Positions 39,623 through 43,649 of a stretch of DNA of 43,649 nucleotides are shown one piece after another; position 1 is the stretch's first letter; each line of letters opens with the position of its first letter. Origin of the DNA: Chthoniobacteraceae bacterium (lineage in GTDB: Bacteria > Verrucomicrobiota > Verrucomicrobiia > Chthoniobacterales > Chthoniobacteraceae); contig JANNXQ010000197.1 of the NCBI GenBank assembly GCA_031409655.1, positions 1 through 43,649 on the forward strand. Direction: 5' to 3'. The position numbers and the translations under genes are program-made. The notes beneath the pieces were generated by a model. It saw nothing but the letters and a program-made list of their open reading frames with translations. It did no database searches and had not been told where the DNA came from.

Positions 39623-41089
39623 ATGAAAATCCTCCCATTGCTCTCCACCTTGCTGCTCTTCCCGCTCGCGATTGCAAACAGTGCGACCCTGGGGAGTCGC
39701 CCAAATATCCTCCTCTTTCTGGCCGACAATTGGGGTTGGCCACACGCCAGCGCCCTGAGCGACCCAACGGCGCGCACCCCGGTCTTCGACCGCATCGCCA
39801 GGGAGGGAGTCTTGTTCACGCACGCCTTCTGCCCGGTCCCGTCCTGTTCACCCACCCGCTCCTGCATCCTTACAGGTCGCGCCGCGCATCAACTCGAGGA
39901 CGCGGCGAGTCTTTGGAGCGCTTTTCCCCGCAAGCTCGTCGTCTTCACGCAAGCACTGCGGGAGGCGGGTTACGAAGTGGGTTACAGCGGGAAGGGTTGG
40001 TCGCCTGGACGCTACCTTGAATATGGCTGGTCCGAAAATCCAATCGGCAAACAGTTCAAAGGCTTCGACGAATTTTTGCGCCAGCGAGATCCGGCAAAGC
40101 CTTTCTTTTTCTGGCAGGGAAACACCGATACGGCGCTGCACAGTTGGCGCTCTGACCCGGAAGCGTGGGCTAGCCTTGACGAAAAATCGCTGCGCATCCC
40201 GCCGGAGTTGCCAGACTCTCCGCAAGTGCGGGATACACAGCTTTCCTATTACGGTGCCGTCGCCCGCATGGACGCAGACGCCGGGCAAACTATCAGTGCG
40301 CTCGAGCAAAAGAAGCTGCTCGACGAAACCGTCGTCGTTTACACGAGTGACAACGGCTGGCAGATGCCGCGCGGTCTGGCGAATTGCTACGATTCGGGCA
40401 CGCGGGTGCCCCTGGCGATTCGTTGGGGAAACAAACTCGAGCCAGGGCGCATAGCCGATGAATTCATCAGCCTCACCGACTTCGCCCCGACCTTTCTGGA
40501 GATCGCTGGCGTGCAGACTTCGGCGAAAATGACCTGCGTCAGTTTCCTTGATGTCCTGCTCAAGCGTCCTTCAGCGACACCGCGCGATCACGTCTTTTTA
40601 GAACGCGAACGTCACGCGAATGTTCGCCGCGGCAATCTGAGTTATCCGGTGCGTGGCCTTCGCACCAAAGATTTTCTCTACTTGTGGAACATGCGGCCCG
40701 ATCGCTGGCCCGCCGGCGATCCGAACGCCTTCATGGCCGTGGGCGACTACGGGGACGTGGACGGCTCCCGCGCCAAGGAGTTCATCCTGGCAAACGCTGA
40801 TCGCCCGGAGGTGCAGCCCTTCTTTGCGCTGAACTTTGGCAAGCGTCCCGAGGAAGAGCTGTTCGATCTGCGCAAGGATCCAGGACAGCTGGCGAATGTC
40901 GCAATGGACCCTGCTTATGCGGTGGCAAAAAAGGAGCTGCGCGCGCGTCTTGAAAAGTGGATGCGCGAAACCGCCGATCCCCGAGTCGATCCCAGCTATG
41001 ACGCTTGGGACACTTATCCCTACTTCGGAGGACGCGTCGTCGATGAGCATGGGAACCCCGTGATCGGGAAGGCTAGGAATCCAAAATGA
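39623..41089 (+). CDS. Cys-type sulfatase (N-sulfoglucosamine sulfohydrolase-like)
   Basis: Signal peptide; PNILLFLADNWGWPH, CSPTRSCILTGR, GKGWSPG, SDNG, ERERHANVR, EELFDLRKDP. Confidence 0.88.
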   Translation: MKILPLLSTLLLFPLAIANSATLGSRPNILLFLADNWGWPHASALSDPTARTPVFDRIAREGVLFTHAFCPVPSCSPTRSCILTGRAAHQLEDAASLWSAFPRKLVVFTQALREAGYEVGYSGKGWSPGRYLEYGWSENPIGKQFKGFDEFLRQRDPAKPFFFWQGNTDTALHSWRSDPEAWASLDEKSLRIPPELPDSPQVRDTQLSYYGAVARMDADAGQTISALEQKKLLDETVVVYTSDNGWQMPRGLANCYDSGTRVPLAIRWGNKLEPGRIADEFISLTDFAPTFLEIAGVQTSAKMTCVSFLDVLLKRPSATPRDHVFLERERHANVRRGNLSYPVRGLRTKDFLYLWNMRPDRWPAGDPNAFMAVGDYGDVDGSRAKEFILANADRPEVQPFFALNFGKRPEEELFDLRKDPGQLANVAMDPAYAVAKKELRARLEKWMRETADPRVDPSYDAWDTYPYFGGRVVDEHGNPVIGKARNPK

Positions 41090-41150
41090 ACCCCCTCCCC
41101 ACTTCGTCTTCACCATGACTGAAGCCCGCCACCGGCAGGCTAATTTTTTT

Positions 41151-41209
41151 CTCTTAATCTTCCTCTGTGACGATGGGAGGAAGATTAAGAGGAAGAGGAC
41201 GAGGAAGAT
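41151..41209. repeat. Purine/pyrimidine-biased palindrome with hexamer tail between convergent genes
   Basis: CTCTTAATCTTCCTC-11 nt-GAGGAAGATTAAGAG perfect 15-bp stem, then GAAGAG GACGAG GAAGAT. Confidence 0.65.
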
Positions 41210-41243
41210 CCGAGGCTGTGAAAGATGCCAGCTAACTGCCTCG

Positions 41244-42365
41244 CTACACGGCTGAGGTCTCGCGAACGGCAAGGTTCGGCAGCGCTTTCAATTCCGCGAG
41301 GAAGCGTTCGTTCTGTGGCATGGTGCCGACGCTCACGCGGATCCATTCCGGCAAACCGTAGGCCGTCATATCGCGGACGATCACCCCCTTCTTCATCAAG
41401 GTATTGAAGGTGCCTTTCCCGTCGCCGACGCGGACAAGGACAAAATTGGCGTGGCTCGGGACAAACTCGAGCCCCAGATCCGCAAACGCACCTTGCAAGT
41501 AGTCGCGCCCTTGCCAGGTGATTTCGCGCGTCCTCTGCTGGTGTTCTTCGTCACGAAGACCGGCAAGCGCGCCGGCCTGGGCGATGCCGTTGGAGTTAAA
41601 GGGCTGCCGCGTTTTTCCCAGCACCTCGATGATCTCCTGCTTCGCGATCCCATAGCCGATGCGGAGACTCGCGAGCCCTTGGATCTTTGAAAAGGTGCGC
41701 AGGACCACGACATTCCGGCCTTCGCGGACATACTTCAGCGTATCGGGCGGCTCGGGGAGAAACTCGTAGTAGGCTTCATCGAAGACCACGATCACGTGAT
41801 CTGGCACGCGGGCCATGAAACGATCAATCTGGTCCTGGGAAACCAGCGTTCCCGTCGGGTTATTCGGATTGGCGATGAAGATCTCCTTGGTCTTCGGGGT
41901 GATGGCCGCAAGCATGGCCTCGAGATCGTGGGCGAAGCCAGGGTCCGGCACCTCGATGGTGCGCGCCCCGAAGAGCGTCGCCATCAATTTATAAACCACG
42001 AACGCATGGCGCGCCGCGATGATGTCGTCGCCGGGATTGAGGAAGGCCTTCCCGATGAATTCGATCACCTCGTTTGAACCGCAGCCAAGGATGATATTGC
42101 CGCGCTCGAAGCCAAACTTCTGGGCGATGGCTTCCCGTAAGTAGTAGCTACCGCCGTCCGGATAAAAGTGGGCCCGCTCGCAAGCCTCGCGCATCGCCAC
42201 GAGCGCCTTCAGCGACGGGCCGAGCGGGTTTTCGTTGGACGCGAGTTTGATGATTTCCGAGGGCTCGAGACCGAGTTCGCGGGCCACATCTTCGATCGGC
42301 TTGCCGGGTTCGTAGGAGACGAGGTCGCGCAGCCAGGGGTGGGCGAGATTCCAAAGTTCGGACAT
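41244..42365 (-). CDS. hisC: Histidinol-phosphate aminotransferase
   Basis: YEPGKPIE, KLASNENPLGPS, ANPNNPTG, DEAY, LRTFSKIQGLASLRIGY. Confidence 0.95.
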   Translation of the reverse strand: MSELWNLAHPWLRDLVSYEPGKPIEDVARELGLEPSEIIKLASNENPLGPSLKALVAMREACERAHFYPDGGSYYLREAIAQKFGFERGNIILGCGSNEVIEFIGKAFLNPGDDIIAARHAFVVYKLMATLFGARTIEVPDPGFAHDLEAMLAAITPKTKEIFIANPNNPTGTLVSQDQIDRFMARVPDHVIVVFDEAYYEFLPEPPDTLKYVREGRNVVVLRTFSKIQGLASLRIGYGIAKQEIIEVLGKTRQPFNSNGIAQAGALAGLRDEEHQQRTREITWQGRDYLQGAFADLGLEFVPSHANFVLVRVGDGKGTFNTLMKKGVIVRDMTAYGLPEWIRVSVGTMPQNERFLAELKALPNLAVRETSAV

Positions 42366-42375
42366 AAGGGCGGGG

Positions 42376-42404
42376 AACTTAGCGCGCCGCGCGGCGGATG
42401 CCAG
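42376..42404 (-). promoter_or_regulatory. Putative sigma70-type promoter of hisC with very short leader
   Basis: CTGGCA-17 bp-TAAGTT ending 10 nt upstream of the ATG. Confidence 0.35.
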
Positions 42405-42498
42405 CCCTTTGGAAGGCGTGGTTTCAACCCGCGGAAAGGGCAAAAAACCCCATCGACACACCTCGGGGCGGCGGTAGTCTTTTTCTCTCTTCCCCACA

Positions 42499-43649
42499 AT
42501 GAATCCCTCCTCCGATCCCCTCTCCCGGCGCAAATTCCTCGGCACCTCCGCAGCCCTCGCCGGCGCTTCCGTCATTGGCTTTCCAAACGTCCTGCGCTCC
42601 GCTCCTGCCGGTGGCGAAGGAACGCTGAAGGTGGCCCTCGTCGGTTGCGGCGGGCGCGGCACCGGCGCGGCGAAACAGGCGCTGACCGCGGATTCCAATG
42701 TGGAACTGGTCGCCTTTGCTGACGTCGTGCCGGAGCAGATCGAGAAGGCGCACGAGCAACTCAATAAGAACGTGCCGGGCAAAGTGAAGGAAGGGGTGAA
42801 AAAGTTCCTCGGTCTCGATGCGATCGACAAGGTGCTGAACGAAAAGGTGGACGTGGTGATCCTCACGACGCCGCCGGGGTTTCGGCCCGCGCATTTCGAG
42901 AAATGTGTGCAGGCGGGCAAACATACCTTTAGTGAAAAGCCCTGCGCCACGGATGCACCGGGCGTGCGCCGCTTCATGGAAGCGGGCCGCATCGCCAAGG
43001 AGAAGGGGCTCGGGATGCAATCGGGCTTCTGCTGGCGGGCGAACTACGCGGAGCGCGCCACCTTCGAACAAATCCACAACGGCGCGATCGGCAAAGTGCG
43101 CGCGGTCCACGGCACCTACCTCGCCGGCACGCCGTGGGTGAAGCCGCGGCAGGAAGGCTGGACCGATCTCGAATGGCAGCTCCGCAACTGGATGTACTTC
43201 ACCTGGCTCGGCGGCGATCAGATCGTCGAGCAGTGCGTGCATACGGTGGATAAGATGAGCTGGACCTTCAATGACGTGCCGCCGATCAGCGCGAAGGGCA
43301 TGGGCGGCCGGCAGCAGCGCGTCGAAGAGCAATACGGCCACGTCTGGGATCACTGCTCGGTGGTCTATGAATATCCCGAGGGTGCGCGCGGCTTCATCGA
43401 ATGCCGGCAACAGGCGGGCACTTTCAATGAGACCGCCGACTACATCATGGGCACGAAGGGCGAATGCCGGATCAATGGCTTCGGCAACGTCCACGCCATC
43501 ACTGGCGAGACTCCGTGGAAATACGCAGGGAAGAAGAACGACATGTATCAGACCGAGCACGACGAGTTCTTCGCGTCGTTGCGCGAAGGCAAGCCGCTGA
43601 ACTTCGCGGACAAGATCGCGCACTCGACGATGGTCGCGATCATGGGCCG
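42499..43649 (+). CDS. Tat-exported Gfo/Idh/MocA-family oxidoreductase (partial, runs off the window; absent from the ORF track)
   Basis: MNPSSDPLSRRKFLGTSAALAG twin-arginine signal; LKVALVGCGGRGTGAA; TTPPGFRP; EKP; WQLRNWMYFTWLGGDQIVEQCVH. Confidence 0.9.
   Translation, partial: MNPSSDPLSRRKFLGTSAALAGASVIGFPNVLRSAPAGGEGTLKVALVGCGGRGTGAAKQALTADSNVELVAFADVVPEQIEKAHEQLNKNVPGKVKEGVKKFLGLDAIDKVLNEKVDVVILTTPPGFRPAHFEKCVQAGKHTFSEKPCATDAPGVRRFMEAGRIAKEKGLGMQSGFCWRANYAERATFEQIHNGAIGKVRAVHGTYLAGTPWVKPRQEGWTDLEWQLRNWMYFTWLGGDQIVEQCVHTVDKMSWTFNDVPPISAKGMGGRQQRVEEQYGHVWDHCSVVYEYPEGARGFIECRQQAGTFNETADYIMGTKGECRINGFGNVHAITGETPWKYAGKKNDMYQTEHDEFFASLREGKPLNFADKIAHSTMVAIMG

Noticed and set aside
42388..42403. 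TGGCAT-N5-GCGCG upstream of hisC as a sigma54 promoter
   Set aside because: Weak -12 box; better explained by an overlapping sigma70-type CTGGCA-17-TAAGTT.
42366..42998. N-terminal extension of hisC (likewise can to 16105 and the cytochrome protein from 26959)
   Set aside because: The extensions overlap genuine genes; family motifs begin at the internal ATGs.

Overview
GC-rich (~65%) bacterial chromosomal window. The gene content (multiple Cys-type sulfatases, a PVC-type heme-binding CxxCH protein, a Calx-beta/PKD giant protein, a Lys/Ala-rich histone-like protein) suggests Verrucomicrobiota or a related PVC lineage; this is inference. From left to right: the 3' end of a probable IS1380-family element that seems to decapitate a secreted protein gene; a PfkB/KdgK sugar kinase; a J-domain protein; a small ORF behind a sigma54-type promoter; an NHL beta-propeller; a VKOR-DsbA fusion; tRNA-Leu(CAA); a 1898-aa metzincin/PKD/Calx-beta surface protein; a frameshifted mqnE-like fragment; tRNA-Glu(TTC); an atypical REC-HDOD regulator; a divergent beta-carbonic anhydrase / sbtA-sbtB bicarbonate-uptake module; miaB; a ~11 kb exported hydrolase/sulfatase/oxidoreductase/cytochrome c cluster; a repeat-rich intergenic region; gltD-gltB; an Old Yellow Enzyme; yaeQ; a histone-like protein; a fifth sulfatase; hisC; and a truncated Tat-exported Gfo/Idh/MocA oxidoreductase. 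I saw no CRISPR array, prophage or recognisable defence system. The best candidates for new biology are the can/sbtAB module in an apparent heterotroph and two sigma54-type promoters, one driving an unannotated small Cys-heptad protein and the other a receiver domain lacking its phospho-Asp. All family calls come from motif recognition by eye; no database searches were run.
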